Below are positions 26,560 through 40,919 of a stretch of DNA of 64,000 nt, in pieces (position 1 is the stretch's first letter; every line of letters starts with the position of its first letter). Position numbers and translations under genes: made by a program. A model generated the notes under the pieces. It was not told the origin of the DNA and ran no database searches. It worked only from the letters and a program-made list of their open reading frames with translations. This DNA comes from Eledone cirrhosa (lineage: Eukaryota), in assembly GCA_964016885.1 (NCBI GenBank), contig OZ024740.1, forward strand, positions 241,490,001 through 241,554,000. The letters run 5' to 3'.

Positions 26560-28095
26560 GAACTGGCCACAATTATCTGGGATATGCCCTACAAAAAACA
26601 CATGCACACTGATAAGCACCGCAATCGCTTCTGACCAAATTATTGCTTGAAAAGATGTGCTAAAACTGTCAAATTACAAAGATATTGAATATGGAATATA
26701 CATAATGTGGGGCGTGAAAGTAAAAACTGTGTCAATTATAATCGGAGCACTAAACATAGAAGCTATATCAGGACTCACAACATTACGCACTATCCAAAAT
26801 ATACGAGCCGATGAATGAAACTGAAGCACCAGAGGAAGGAGATATCAAAGAAATTGAACATATTAAGGTGGCTGAAGACGGAATTTCTGAAGATAATAGA
26901 CTGCTCATGGAAAAAGTCGCAGAAAAATTGAGAAGTGAGGAAACATTTAAACCAGTGGATCTGAAAAATTTGATCGAAAGAAGTTAACCGAAGCCACAAG
27001 AATGGTAAAATATGTCATTGGTCACTTTACAACTGGTATTGGAGAAACTAACAAACTGTTGATAGCAAGTTCAAATTTGGTATCAGATATCCTTGGAATA
27101 AAACAGAGAAGAAGTGGAAATATAAAACTCTGATGGAAAAGGCACATCAAACAAAAGATAGGATTTATAAAGAGTGAGCTTAGCAAATTGAATGAGTGGA
27201 AGAAATCTAAATTGAAGAAGTGGCGTGAAATAAGAAGACTGGAAAGGATCTACCATGTCAAAAATAAAGGATTACCAACAGTTATAGATGAATTGAAATA
27301 GGGAATGAAAGTATTAACTGCAAAAATGAGGAAATATAAACAAAATAAGATGCTCCAATCAAATCAGAGAAAGCTTTACGAGAAATTGAGTGGAAACGAG
27401 AGGCGCAATGTTATAAAATCGGATGCAGAGAACAACATATTGTATGTGGGACAAAGATGTTGAACATAACAGGAATGCTGGATGGCTGCAAGGAGCGAAA
27501 TGAGAGTTAACAGGAGTAAAGCAGCAAGAGAATTTGATAATGGCATGTGATAAGGTGAAATAATAACCAACAAAAACAGATGAAACGATTGCCAAAATAT
27601 AAGGCAATTTAGCCTGAAGGAGTACACGGATACCGACTAAAGAGCTTTAGTTGTGTTCATGATCAGTTCACGGAATAGTTGAATGAAATTGTAGCAAATA
27701 AAAGTGTACCAAGATGGATGGCCAAAGGTAGAACATGTCTTATCCAAAACGTTGAAAGTAAGAGTAGTTTAGTTTCCAACTATAGGTCGATAACGTGCAT
27801 TGCCATGATGTAGAAGTTGCTAAGAGGAGTGACTGGGGAGGAGTTGTACCTGCACAGAGAGAGAGGGAGAGAGGGGGTCCCAGTTGAATAGAAAGGCTGA
27901 CAAAAAATAATAGAGACACGACAGATCAGTTGCCAATAGATAAAATGATGTTGAAAAATTGCAGAAAAAGAATGACAAACTTGTGTGAGGCGTGGATCGA
28001 TTATGAGAAGGCTTATGGTATGATCTCATATCGGCGGCTTTTGGAATATCTAGATTTAGTAAAAGTGGCAGAAACACCAAGGTTTTGTTGAAATG
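26560..28095 (+). mobile_element. Degenerate RLE-type (Dong/R4-like) LINE remnants
   Basis: Broken frames contain endonuclease-end residues (MWG.KVKTVSIIIGAL) and, downstream, RT-start motifs (W..GRTCLI, NYRSITC, AWIDYEKAY). Confidence 0.6.
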
Positions 28096-28800
28096 ACATC
28101 AGGAGAGCTTACAATGGTATATGTTCCTGGTTTTTGCGTTCTCGGTTCAAATCTGATTGTGGCCTACTATGGTGGTAGATTAATCCCTCGTCCGAGTTAC
28201 ACCACAACCTGACCCTCGGTGGAGTCCACTATGTTTCAAGTATTCGGATTAAGTCTCTTATTATAGGTTACCTTTCTCCCTCACTCCTACCAGTCTTGGA
28301 AGCCATGTAATGTGTCATGGGCACTATCATTCCTTTTGACCAAGCGATACAAAACATAAATGTGTTATGGCATTTAACAACGAACTCTATATAAGTGTAA
28401 CTATTTAGTGAAGGGATTGTCTAAATAAAGGATTAGAATATGCAGAGGCTGTGATTCCCATAAATTATTGTACCGGTTCGTTTTAGGCTCCATCGAAGAT
28501 ACCATCTTTTTGTCTTCATGCAATATGTATGGCTAGTTAGCCCGACATAGTCAAACCTTCTACAGGATAAACCCACGTGAGAAGTGGAACCCAACATTTC
28601 AGGATAATTGAACATTGGTTAACGTTACAGTTCTTTCTTTTCGAACAGTAATAAAATTGATGCTCTACGCAGTAGTCAAAATTCCCAGTGGTTTGAGATG
28701 TCTGCTACGTGGCCATATACATAATGCAATGGCGGTGATTAGATTATAAAGGTCGATATAACTAGATATGAAAATATAGGGAAGAAAGCCATAGTCTTAC

Positions 28801-28921
28801 GCTTCATCAGATGATCCTTGAGCAAAACATTCCAGATGGACATCTTCACCAATTGAAGGTTGGTTCGGAAAGGCAGCAATAAAGTCATTGTGAATAACAG
28901 GACCCCAATTTACTTTAGAAG
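28801..28921 (-). CDS. Contactin-like exon, Ig3 N-half (not in ORF track)
   Basis: ttcacAG|...|GTaaga, 121 nt, phase 1-2; PSKVNWGPVIHNDFIAAFPNQPSIGEDVHLECFAQGSSDE. Confidence 0.88.
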
Positions 28922-29145
28922 CTGTGAACACAACATGGAAATAAAGAAAAGAAATATGTGCACATATATATATATATACGTATATATATAAATAATATAG
29001 AAATGATTTCTATATGATTAAAACGTATTGTATATTTAATAATATACTGTATGTTTATTTAAAAACATTTTGAAGGTCATTCGCTATGAATTTTAAGGTA
29101 GTGTCTAACGTCACATACCTAGTCTCGGCAAAAGCAAAGAGGAAT

Positions 29146-29189
29146 AATCGACAGTCACAGTTTCTCACTTGTAAGTTGTTGTCAAGACC
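29146..29189 (-). ncRNA. Hammerhead-like motif with U3-A8 core, at a hairpin apex
   Basis: GGUC-UUGACAA-caACUUacAAGUga-GAAAC..GUC-GAUU. Confidence 0.55.
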
Positions 29190-29377
29190 ACATACCTCTT
29201 CTCTTTTGGCGAGACTAGGTATGTGACGTTAGACACTACCTTAAAATTCATATTGAATGGCCTTCAAAAAAACATACAGTATATTGTTAAATATACAATA
29301 CGTATCTTCATATATACATCGCTATTTCAGAGCACCAATACTATATATTTATATAAATATAAGATCCCCCCCAACAC

Positions 29378-29443
<66 letters not shown>

Positions 29444-29758
29444 TATACGTCCTTCGGTCACGAATGACCATTTGTTTTGCATCTAGAAAGTTCCCTTCCG
29501 AAGCACAAGTCCAGGCAGGGTGCTTTTGCGGAAAACCAGCAGTCATCCATACATACAAGTTTCCCCTCTCCAGGTCACCGATATTTTTACAAGAGAAAAG
29601 CAAAGGCCATCGCAACTCATATTTTTCCTAGCTGAATGTATTGGATCAACGTTAAATAAAGTGTTAAATAAAGTGTTCTGCACAAGGACATATTGTGAAT
29701 CGAATTCACAACATCACGATTGTAAGCCCAGTGCTCTAACCAACTTGCGCCCCCCCAC

Positions 29759-29814
<56 letters not shown>

Positions 29815-30477
29815 TCATAACGATTTTAAAATGCAGAATTATACATTACTTAGAGATAATATCAAATTATTTGGATAAGAGGAATAGACAACATAAGAAA
29901 GGCGAAATATAGTTAATAATAAATAATGACAGCGAAGTGAAGTGAAATCGAAATTCTTCAGCTTGTCACAAATCGTTTCAATGGACACAACGAAAAATAC
30001 TGCGATAGCACGATTACTGCTGGAACATATGTTCATAAGTAGGCAAGCTAGAAAGTGGGATGACCAACACTTAATCATAAGCAGTCGGGCTAGAGAAATG
30101 TATTTTCATGAAGGGATGGTTCAGAAATATTTTTAGGCTTGTCACATATATTAGTGGTTATGACCCAGATTATATGCCCTCCTAACGGCTCGGCTTTCTC
30201 GACACCAACCAGAAAATATTAAAGGTAAAAAAACTGAATGAATTTATTCTAGAAAGTTATAGGTTTATATTTAAATTTCATGTTGCAGATCCATATTATA
30301 TGAGATCTACATTTTAGCAATCCTTGATTTTGATTCCTGAGTATACCTACTGCGAAGAAATATGACACCCCATAAAACCTTTTGTTACATAAAGTCTCTA
30401 AACTATTTGAATTTACGATTTGAATTCAATTTTACAGTTTAACTATCCGATGATATCGAAGCTCACTACGTTACAGA

Positions 30478-30690
30478 CTGGCTGAATGGTTAAGAAGTTC
30501 GCATTGCAATCATTATATTCTGGGTTCGATGCCACTGCGGGGCATCTTGAGAAATTTAACATAGGCACGGGCCAACCCATGCTTCATGAGGGAAACTTGG
30601 GTAGACTGGAACTGTTTGGAAGCCCATCGGATGGACTCTACCTTTAATACAAACTACCAGCCTTGTCACATAGTGTCACATTGAATAAAA
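30478..30690 (+). mobile_element. Second tRNA-derived SINE family (fragments also at 8815-9050, locally duplicated)
   Basis: A box tggctgaatggttaag, B box gggttcgatgcc. Confidence 0.6.
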
Positions 30691-31011
30691 TGAGTTAAAT
30701 TATATAAATAACAACACAGAGAATATTATGTGAATTAAAATGTCCTGCAACAACATAGTTAAACACGGCGTTACAACAAAATACACAATGTTGTTCATGT
30801 AATTTTGTATAAATAGTAAATGAGCTTAAAGGAACCGGCCAAAAATAAGAATTACGAAGTGCAAATCAACCGACAATCAAACTCGAATTAGAGGCCAGAC
30901 ATGCTAGGAGTATACCAGCTCTCTATAAAGTTAATACATTTTACGACATAAACACATGGACATATTGTATGGCTGTAGTAAAAATTTGAAATATTTAATG
31001 AATAAACTTAC

Positions 31012-31251
31012 GTTTGTTCTTGACAATTAGTCGAATAGCGTTGCTTATGCGACTTGGAAGTTGTGTCGGAATGTTCGCATTATCGTTTCTCTCATTTTTG
31101 ATAAATAAGGTAGCAAGGCATCGGTATTCTCCTATGTCTGCCAAGGAAACTTCTGAGAAATACAACCGACCATTCCTTGATATAAACATGTATTTTTGTT
31201 TCGTTGTACGAACAAAATCGATGTCATCTTTCATCCACTGGTATGTTATTG
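31012..31251 (-). CDS. Contactin-like exon, Ig2 C-half
   Basis: ttttcAG|...|GTaagt, 240 nt, phase 1-1; AITYQWMK...MFISRNGRLYFSEVSLADIGEYRCLAT (contactin Ig2 motif FIS.NG.LYFSEV). Confidence 0.9.
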
Positions 31252-32313
31252 CTGAAAATATAAAAAGAGATATGTTGTGAGAATTATTAAATACCTCTAG
31301 AGGAACAATATTCCATTTGCTAACGGAAGTTAAACAAATGAAATTGAGGTCTTCATAACTTTGTTATGAGCCATGTGTAAAATGAAATGACTTTAATTTG
31401 GGATCGAAATCCAGTTGTGAACTCGTCTCAAACATCTACAATTTCACTCGGCAAACCCTTCGTCGAGCCAACCAGGAATACATGATTGCTCAATCGGCTA
31501 GAAAATGCTGTCAGATATACTTCAAACCTTACAGTATTAAAAAAGGGAAGGATATACTGGATTATGAAATCCTTGATGCACAGACTAAGAAAAGAAAAAA
31601 AGAAGACGGGGTCGTCATAGCTGGAATGTTTTTCGTCATATACACGTGGTAGTTAAAGTGATAACATAATTAATTCTCTGAAATAATTATCAGATTAATG
31701 TCGAGTTTTGTAGGATTGGAGTAAAGATGCTTGAATCAACCACTGTATTACTGATATAAATTTATTTTGTTTTATCTTCCAAGGGTCGATGAATAGTACA
31801 AACGACTCCAGTGGAATCTGCGCGCAGAGGGATGAATCTAAACGGTATTCAGTCGGATGCAAAACTATTTCTGTTAACTGATTACTCTAATGTTGTTTTC
31901 TTATGAAAATGTTTCTTAGAGAATGACATTCTGTTAATCCAGTAAATTTCTGAACTTCTTCATGGCGTGTTTTTTATTGCCATCTACATGCGTCAATGGA
32001 AATCGTGAACACAACTGCAAACTAATGTAACAGGAAATAATTTTGGAATGTTTCTGTTGTTTTTGTTATTGTTGCTGCTACTCTATTTGTTCTTGTTTTT
32101 GTTGGCATTGTTATTGTTGATGATGATGGTTTTGTTATTATTGCTGCTTAATTACGAATGAGCGCTAATCAAGCGCACTCACGACAAAAGTATTTCTTCT
32201 TATATATTATCCAATTTCTATTTCTCTTTTTTGTTTCAACTAATTGCACGGGCAGACTGTAGATAATGAGAGAAAAAGGATTAGTATAGATAATTAAAAA
32301 ATAAATACATTAC

Positions 32314-32409
32314 CTGGTTTATATGAAATATGACTGCAAAGAACAATGGCTGGATCGTAAGCATCAACATGGACCGGTTCTGGGATAACATTGGAGAAAT
32401 CACCAAGAT
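32314..32409 (-). CDS. Contactin-like exon, Ig2 N-half (not in ORF track)
   Basis: ttattAG|...|GTaatg, 96 nt, phase 1-1; reads YLGDFSNVIPEPVHVDAYDPAIVLCSHISYKP in frame with both neighbours. Confidence 0.85.
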
Positions 32410-35400
32410 CTAATAAAGCATAATGGTAATTACCTTAACTGGATTGTTCACTTGAAAGAATAATATTAGTGTAAAAGTAATTTTATATGGAAGTATGAGG
32501 AATTGATTTTAATAAACACATCTCATCATCATTATCATGTGTAATACATTGACTGAGCCTTGGCAGCACATTCTTTTATTGCAATGGAGAGGAAGCAGTT
32601 GTCTTGGAGGAAAGGGGTACTATGTACGAAGCCTACCCACAGCGCAGTGCAACCAATTCTGAGAGGAAGAAAAAGAGAGAGGGGGAGAGAGGGAGGGAAG
32701 AGAAAGGAAACAGAGGGAGGTGAAGAGAGGGAGGGAATCGAGAGGAGGAAGAGAGAAGAGGACAGAATGGACACCAGTATATGACTGGCACTATATTTTA
32801 TCGACCGACGGTAGAACGAAAAGCAAAGGTGGCCTCGCATTATTAGATTCAGAATGCAAAATGTAGGAATAAAAAACCCACCAGATATTTTTCAACGTAC
32901 TTATCAAATCCGAAGGAATGAGTAGCCAAGTCACTCCTAGCAGGGATCTGAATTCAGAGTACCATGTTACGTAACTAAACACTATCAGGCTTTATTTGTT
33001 CTTTTACAATATTTACTATATTGCACCTGGACTCCCGTACAGGTACGTTGAAAGACAAAGTCGAAACAAGCGATATTTGAGGTCGCGACGTAACGGTATG
33101 TATCTAAATACCACACAATATTCGGAATAAAGTATTTTAATTACTTCTCAACAGTCTCATTGACTTTAATCCTTCATACCATGTTGACTACTATATTTTA
33201 TTGATCTCTGCGGGGTCGATAAAATAAAGTGCTAGTCAAATGCTGTGATCGAGTTAATCGACTATATTGTCGACTATATCTACAAAATATTGTGACCCTG
33301 TGCATGCTAGAAATCAATACCAATACCATCGAGGTGGGCGTAGGAACAACACAATCAGTACGACGGCAGCTAAATGGCAATTTCGTCTAGAACGTCGGAT
33401 ATAATACTTTGCCTTATTTTTTCTGACTCACAAATTTAGCTGAGGTAAAACTCGCCTTCCTTCTTTTGTGAGTCTATAAATTATGTACTAATCAAAAGAA
33501 GTGAATTGGCGGAATTGTTAGAGCATTGGAATTTACAATGACTCTTTGCATTCTGGTGGAAGCGCCAGTGACGACAGTATAAAAACTGTATAAAAGCTGT
33601 ATAAAAACATGCTCTTCTCTTGAACAACATGAGTAGCGTGAAGAGCAGCGACTTGAATGCATTGCCAAATGCTTGTCTTCCAACTTCTCCAGGTCTCTCT
33701 CTCTCTCTCAAAATTGTTTAACTTGTATAACTTCTGCCACACAGTGTCATGCAAGGAATAGATATTAGTACCTACTTCATAGAAAACTCAATGCCATTGA
33801 CGATTTCGTTCTGCTTAATACTGGAGTTAACTAGAGGAGTATATGGAAGTCAACTCAATAGACTCAGCTTCTAGTTAAAAAGTATTAAAATCGTTTTAAC
33901 CTTTATATATATCGTCCAGATTTTATTTTAAATATAATATGAAAATCACATATAATTTTTATCTGTTTCAAAGAGAGCGCACAAGTGCTGAGATATTAGA
34001 AAATGATTTTCTAAGTTTTCTTCTGTCTAGGCTTAATTTTAAAATTGTTTTTTCATGGTCGATTGAATCGCCGCAATATATTCCTGTTGCTTATTTTATC
34101 TAACATAGGTGGATTAAATGTAAATTCGATACCAACAAAACGTCAATCTAAAACAGTGTAGGATCAAACCAGACAACAGAAGACCAAAATAATCCCGGTG
34201 TGTAGTAATAGTGACAGATTCCATATACATATATTTTGTAATGTAATCCAGCCATATGACCTTAGCAAATATATCTTGTCGTGAATATCAATTGAAATTG
34301 GTCTTGCTTCATCTTAAATCATCAAATTAAAGCGACGGGGCAATATAAGTTAAAATAAAACAATATCAGGATAATAGTAGTAGCCTACATTAACAAAAAT
34401 ATAGAGTGAAGTTTGTGAGTATAGATAATTCCATATTGAGTGGAAAGAAGTAGAAGCTAACATTTTGCAGGTTTCTCATCCGTTACAGAGAAAAACATTT
34501 TAACTGAAATAGCTGAAATGATCCCCACCCCTCTCTCTATTTCTGACAAAATGTCAGCACTAGAAAATCAGAATCCTCTTCTTCTCAAGGCATACGAACT
34601 TATCTAAACTAAACATCAATTTCGCAACATGCTGCAAAGTTCATAAGGCTACCTATTGATGATTACTCTCATGTCTTCATACATAGGAGTTGGAAACGTT
34701 TTACATGGCAATGGTAGTAGTGAGCTTCATTAGCCATTTCATGGGTGGAACACAACTGAAGATTTTGACTTCATGCAGTATACATGAGACCCAGAGAAAG
34801 AGATAAACTCAGGTCTGTAAGCTGAAGAAACACCGTACGTGTCCATTTTACACTGTGTGTGAAGAGAGAGAGCCATTATATGGCCATTCTACTGCTAGAG
34901 TAGCAACTAAATCTCCATTTAGTCTGAAAGACAGATAAAATATAGTCTTGTTCATGAGCTTTTACCTCCTGGGAAATTCATGGGAGGGGGAGGGGTCATC
35001 GATGGAAACGGCGCGTCTTTGATATTTAAACCTGGTTGAGCCCTTCCGTTTCAGGTCGAAGCAGCCGATTATTTCCAGATAACGAGAAAGACATAGAGAG
35101 AAAGGATTGGTCCTAGTATCGATCTCGAAAGGATGAAAGGCAAAATCAACTTCTAGCATTTGAACTCAGATTGCAGAAAAGCGGCCGATGCAGAAATGAC
35201 TCCGGTATTTAGCTAGCTTCATATAGTGTTAGATATATAAAAAAGACGGGATAGTGGTGATTGGAATAACTCTCAGTGTAGTATTGTTTCATAAGTATTG
35301 ACGTAGGACCTAAGCAACAACATCAATAACTTTCAACTATAGGTGGACTGATTTTTGAGACTTAGTTATGGATATTACTGTAATGAATGTGACAGCATAA

Positions 35401-35681
35401 GAACCAACAACCGACGCTACGGCTAATATTCAGACACATATTTATAAGCTGGTTTGTCCTACATTCTTTATAAAGTATAATAATTGTTTCTACTTTAGGC
35501 ACAAGGCCAGCAATTACCCAGTGAATTACTGGTACTTTATTTTATCGACCCCGTAAGGATGAAAGGCAAAGTCAACCTCGGTGGAATTTGAACTCAGATC
35601 GTAAAGGGACGTAACTATGCTGGAAAGCATAATATAAAGTATAAACATAATGCAATATCATGTTATAAAAAGATCACTTAC

Positions 35682-36014
35682 ATGCGAAAGATAATTGAAC
35701 GATATTACCCAAAACTTTGCCAAATTCATTTTCAGCGCTGCACTGATAATACCCTGCATCGTGAATACCAACTGGTTTGTGAATTGTAAGCTTTCCATTG
35801 GTCAGTGTATAGCGAAAATCTATAGTAGAGGTCACTGACACCCAGCTGTTGCCTTGAGCCCGATGCCATTTATACACTGGCTTTGGATTAGCCTCAGCCA
35901 CACATTCAAGAAATACGGAAGGCCAGGACTCAATGATTACTGTATCTACTGCATCGATAGTAATGTTGGGACCTTTAAGTATCTCATTTCGGTCTTTCAC
36001 CGGCTTGCCGTAAT
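35682..36014 (-). CDS. Contactin-like Ig cell-adhesion protein, exon encoding Ig1 (first exon recognised here; upstream exons not found)
   Basis: ttttaattgatAG|...|GTaagt, 333 nt, phase 1-1; DYGKPV...FLECVAEANPKPVYKW...GKLTIHKP...DAGYYQCSAENEFG...VQLSFA is an I-set Ig domain typical of invertebrate contactins. Confidence 0.9.
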
Positions 36015-36191
36015 CTATCAATTAAAAGCAACAAATCAAAAGTAATACAGAGACATTATTTTTTCAATAGCATTGAAAATCTTTTAGTACATGAAGGTTA
36101 CGAAAAGATTCTCTCCCTCTCTCCCTATATATATATATATATATATATATACGATATTAATAAATGGAAACTATATTTATAAAACCATATT

Positions 36192-36256
36192 TATTTCATT
36201 ATACATATTTCAGGGATACCAAATTAAATTATGGTATGCCTTCATCAGACAAAATA
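36192..36256 (-). ncRNA. Hammerhead ribozyme, family A
   Basis: UAUUUUGU-CUGAUGA-AGGcAUACCA..UGGUAUcCCU-GAAAUAUGUAUA-AUGAAAUA. Confidence 0.78.
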
Positions 36257-36332
36257 AAATATATAACAGTTTTACAAATAAGCGTTGACGTACCCTTTTA
36301 AAATGCGACCATTATTTTAGGAAACCATCTGG

Positions 36333-36385
<53 letters not shown>

Positions 36386-36776
36386 TGTGCGTGTGTGTGT
36401 GTTTTATATATATATATATATATCATATAGAAATGACTTCTACGGGACAAGAACTGTTTCATTTGTCTGAAATAACAAAAGGATGATTTCAAAACGAATG
36501 AAACGTTTGTAGTCTTGAAATGAAACATTTCTAAATCATTTATCTTCTCTACTTAATGTATTGAGTACCTTATTTAACTGATATCTTTCCTTTTCTCTTC
36601 GAAAATCATTCATAATTATATATATATATATTTCAAGGGTAACAAAACATACCAGATAAGGTATGTTTTCCTTGGCTATGTCAAAATTTATATACACACA
36701 CATATATATATACATACATACATACATACATACATACATACATACATACATACATACATACATACATACATACATC

Positions 36777-39307
36777 CAAGATAAGAAAACACCAGGAAGA
36801 GACATGATTGTCGGCTACTGGTACAAAAAACTAATATTCTATGGGAGGTATCTTACTGACCTCTACCAACAAGTTCTTAAGGGAGATACACTTATACCAG
36901 AATGGTTGACATTAGCACAAACGTTACTGGTCCCCAAGAACAAAGACACCCACTTGACAAAAAACTACCGACCCACTGCATGCCGGAACCTGATGTATAA
37001 GATGTATACAGCCTGCCTCAACCTATTCCTCCAAGATCACTGTGAAAATAATAACATCATCACAGATGAACAAGCAGCTGGAAAGAAAGGGGTTTGGGGA
37101 TGTGCTGAACAACTCCTAATCAACAAAACTGCGATGTCGGAGGTGCAACAACTTAGGAGGAATATGACTACAGTCTGGCTGGACTACAAGAAAGCTTTCG
37201 ATTCTGTTCCCCACTCTTGGATGATAGAGGCCCTCCAACTTGCTAAAGTCCCAGACATTATTGTCAGAGCCATAGAGAGGCTGTCTTCTTCTTGGGCTAC
37301 TATCCTAAGGTTAAAGACAGAGAGGGAGGACTCTATTTTCACTGATAAAATAAAATATTGCAGGGGTATATTTCAGGGGAACAGTCTCTCTGTGATATTG
37401 TTCATCTTGTCATTAAACCCCTTGTCCTTTCTGCTCAAGAAATGTGAGGGATACATCATTGGCTCACAGGAGGACAGAAATACGAACCTAACCCATAACT
37501 TCTTTGTGGACGATCTGAAACTCTATGACAAGAACATGGATGGGATGAAGAAAAATCTTGACCTGGTTACAACGTTCTCAAAGGATATAGGAATAGAGTT
37601 TGGCCAAGTTAAATGCTCATACATGACTGTAAAGCGGGGAAAAACAACAACCCAATCTAGCAACATTGTCATCAATGGTCTAACTGTTTCACCGATATCT
37701 GATGAGGACTGCTACAGATACCTGGGGATAGATGAGAACATATCCTATAATGGTATCTCCAATAAAGAACGCGTAACCAGGGAATACCACACCCGATTAA
37801 GAAAGATCTGGTCATCGGAACACTCTGCGCAAAACAAAACAGTGGCTCACAATGTGTTTGCTGTGCCTGTCCTAACACAAACGTTTGGAATACTCAATTG
37901 GACAATAGACGAAATCCGAGCCGTTGATGTTGGAACTCGAAAAGTACTGAACAACACCGGAAACTTCCACATCAACAGTGACATAGACCGCCTTTACTTG
38001 AAACGTAAGCAGGGAGGCAGAGGCCTAACAGCAGCCCAGACAACATTTGAATGTCGCATCATATCTCTCCGACAACATCTACGAACCACGAAGCGTAGGA
38101 GCCCGCTTCTCGAGCAAGTCTATCTGCATGAAACAGATAAGATCATGAGAGTTGGGAAGGAACTCCTCGAGGGATATTCCCTGTGTGATAATCAAAATCT
38201 CACACTCAGGGATGTCGCTCAGCAGTATCGCAGTGAATCCATGGATGAAAAACTGCATGCCTATCAGCAAAAAATTATGCATGGATATGTTGCCAGGAAG
38301 CTCCAGAGTGAGAGTAATATAGATAAGGAAAGTAGTCTATCTTGGACCAACAACCGCTATATTGGCTCCCACTTTGAAGGATACGCTTTTGCAATCCAAG
38401 AACAGGAGATTAGCACGAAATACCTGATTCACAAAAGAGATAGGGATGCAGGCAAAACACCTAGATGTGATAACAAGTGCAGACTCTGCAGAACTAACAT
38501 CGAGGATATCACCCATGTCATCAGCAGCTGTCCAAAGATGTCATCGCGGTACTATCTACTTATGAGGCATGATGTAGTGGTCAAAACACTGTACAATGCA
38601 GTTCGTAAAAAAGATAGCCCCGATAACAAACACATTAAAAGCTACAACAATGTGGAATACATCCATGTACATAATATGAAAGAGTACTGGTGGAATGTTC
38701 CAGTAAAAACCCCAATAAAATGCAGGCATAACAGACCAGATATTATGATATTGGACAGGGAGAAGAAAACATGCACAGTAGTGGAAGTTAGCTGTCCAGC
38801 AGATGCCAATATAATATCAAAGATTAGCGAAAAGGAGAATATTTATGCAGAACTGATAAGAAATCTGCAGATACTCCACCCTGATTACACCTTCAGATTT
38901 ATGCCTGTGATTATTGGGACACTGGGATATGTTAGTAACTGCCTCAATACAAATCTTGAGAAGCTAGGCTTCACAGGAACAGAAAGAACACAACTACTTA
39001 GGAAATGACAAGTACAATCGATTAATGGAACAGTAAAAATATGTAAAACATTCCAAAAAATTTGCATCTAATAACTGCATATACACATGTACAGATACAA
39101 AGCATATACACATGCACACATACAACTCAAAACATACACATCCACACATACGATAACATCCATATCTACACATGCATGCATGCAGACATACATACATATC
39201 TACCTAGTTGATGTTGTGTAAATTCCAATGAGAGAGTCTTGTGTCTATATTAGAAACCGACTCTCTCTCTATTGGTAAAACTTTGTGAAATTATAAAACC
39301 AGAAGAA
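36777..39307 (+). mobile_element. Dong/R4-like RLE non-LTR retrotransposon, 5'-truncated, inserted in (TACA)n
   Basis: RT motifs NYRP, WLDYKKAFDSVPH, GIFQGNSLS, FVDDLK, YRYLG; CRLC..H....C knuckle, RHD, RPD...E restriction-like endonuclease; premature TGA at about 39006 where other copies have TTA; 3' UTR ends ttataaaaccagaagaa before (cata)n. Confidence 0.92.
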
Positions 39308-39309
39308 CA

Positions 39310-39341
<32 letters not shown>

Positions 39342-39399
39342 ACGTTGAAAGAGATAGAAGGCTAAACAATATAAAATGGACTGTAAGATGAGGTAACGA

Positions 39400-40790
39400 A
39401 AAGTAAGTTATGTGGTAATCTTTGTTGTTCTTTTTTCTGTCCAATATTTCGGGACCTAAAAGTCCCTTCATCAGGATTTAAGGAACCTTCAGTGGATAAC
39501 ATTCCAATTTTCTCTCTTTGGGATTAGATTTTAATTTTGATTTAAATTTTTTCGAAGTCATTTTCAAGCGTTTTTTTATGATTATTTCGCTTTTCACGAG
39601 AATGACGTCCATTGACAATATAGTATTGCGCGAAATTAATTTTGGCTTTTGTATGAGATGTTTAGTTTGAGTGTCTCTGGGTGTGTCTTTTTATGTTAAG
39701 TACTGTGTGCTGAGTTGTAATCTATTATTTATTTGCGGGTTGAGTCTACGTATGAGGAAGGCTTCCTTAATTCTTAAATTACCCATATTCTATCACTAGC
39801 TTTAATAGTAACGGTAAAATGTTGGTTGATGTTGCTACATTTGTCGATGTGTTTTTTTAATGATGATGCATGTGTGTTGAGGTGTTCTTTAATGCGAGTG
39901 TGGAGTGCTCGAGTTGTGCTACCAATGTAGAAGTCCTTACATTTGTTGCATTCAATCCGGTATACCACATGTGTCCGCTGGCACATACCTGTATCGCGGA
40001 TAGCGCAGTTAGTCAGCGAGCATTGATTGTTGTTGTCTCTGGACAACCGCTTTTTAGACAGGTATCCACACAGTGAAGGGCCGGAGTGTGTTAATTGTAT
40101 GTCCAGTCCTTCTTTGCGGATAGCTGTGGTTATGCTTTCGCTGAAATGTGGTAATTTCATGAAGCAGGTGCTGGAGGACGCCTTCTGTCTGCGGCGCCTT
40201 CGATTCTTAAGTCGATTCACTGTGGATGTTGGGTATCCGTTCGTCTTCAGTGCATCTATGAAGTGTGCAGTGTGAGTGAGCTGGTCTTGCTGCATTTATT
40301 CCGGATACGAATAAATTCATTTCTTATGTATCCAGTTTTAGCACCAAGGGGGAGAGCTCATCTATAATGCACAAACAAGTCTCTTCTGGCAGCTCCGCTA
40401 TAGAAGTTGGTGTATTGAGTACCTTCTGATACTCTAAGTTGGAAGTCTAGCAGAGACAAGGAACCATTTTTATCGGGGTGTTCTGTGGTAAATCGTATAT
40501 TGTTATCTGTGTTTGAAAACACTGTAGATATTATGTCGGCCTCTTCACGGGATGATGTGAGGATTAGTATATCATCTATATATCGGGTGAAGAAAATACA
40601 GGCTAGGCAGGTGTTGAGCACTCAACGTTCCAGTTGGTTGATATAGGTAATGGCTAGAAGTCCTGAAAGACTGGGCTCCATGGGAAGGCCTGTTGTTTGT
40701 TTGTATGTGTAGTGTTCAAAAGTGAAATATGTATTTTCTACGATGACGGATAGAAGCTGATATATGTCTTGCGGAGTGAGGTCGAAGCTA
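39400..40790 (-). mobile_element. Degenerate Penelope-like element related to the 3150-4895 copy
   Basis: GLPMEPSLSG, RYIDD, LSLLD, NGYP, VYRIECNKCKDFYIGSTTRALHTRIKEH spread over three frames; HHR-like motif downstream at 39440-39478. Confidence 0.85.
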
Positions 40791-40919
40791 TATATTTTGT
40801 ATGAAATGATGCAGACAGTCACTAGGGTTGACCGCTGGCGGGTACTGTCATTTAGAGGGAGACAACGTCGAAGCTAAAGGCATATCTGTTGAGTTTAAGT
40901 TGGTTATATATATATATGT

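Noticed and set aside
37698-37712. CTGATGA in Dong RT coding sequence (also 10645 and exon 28805)
   Set aside because: No stem II-GAAA-UH arrangement; chance match
39003-39010. In-frame TGA in the Dong-like ORF as possible readthrough
   Set aside because: Other copies have TTA (Leu), so it is a copy-specific nonsense change
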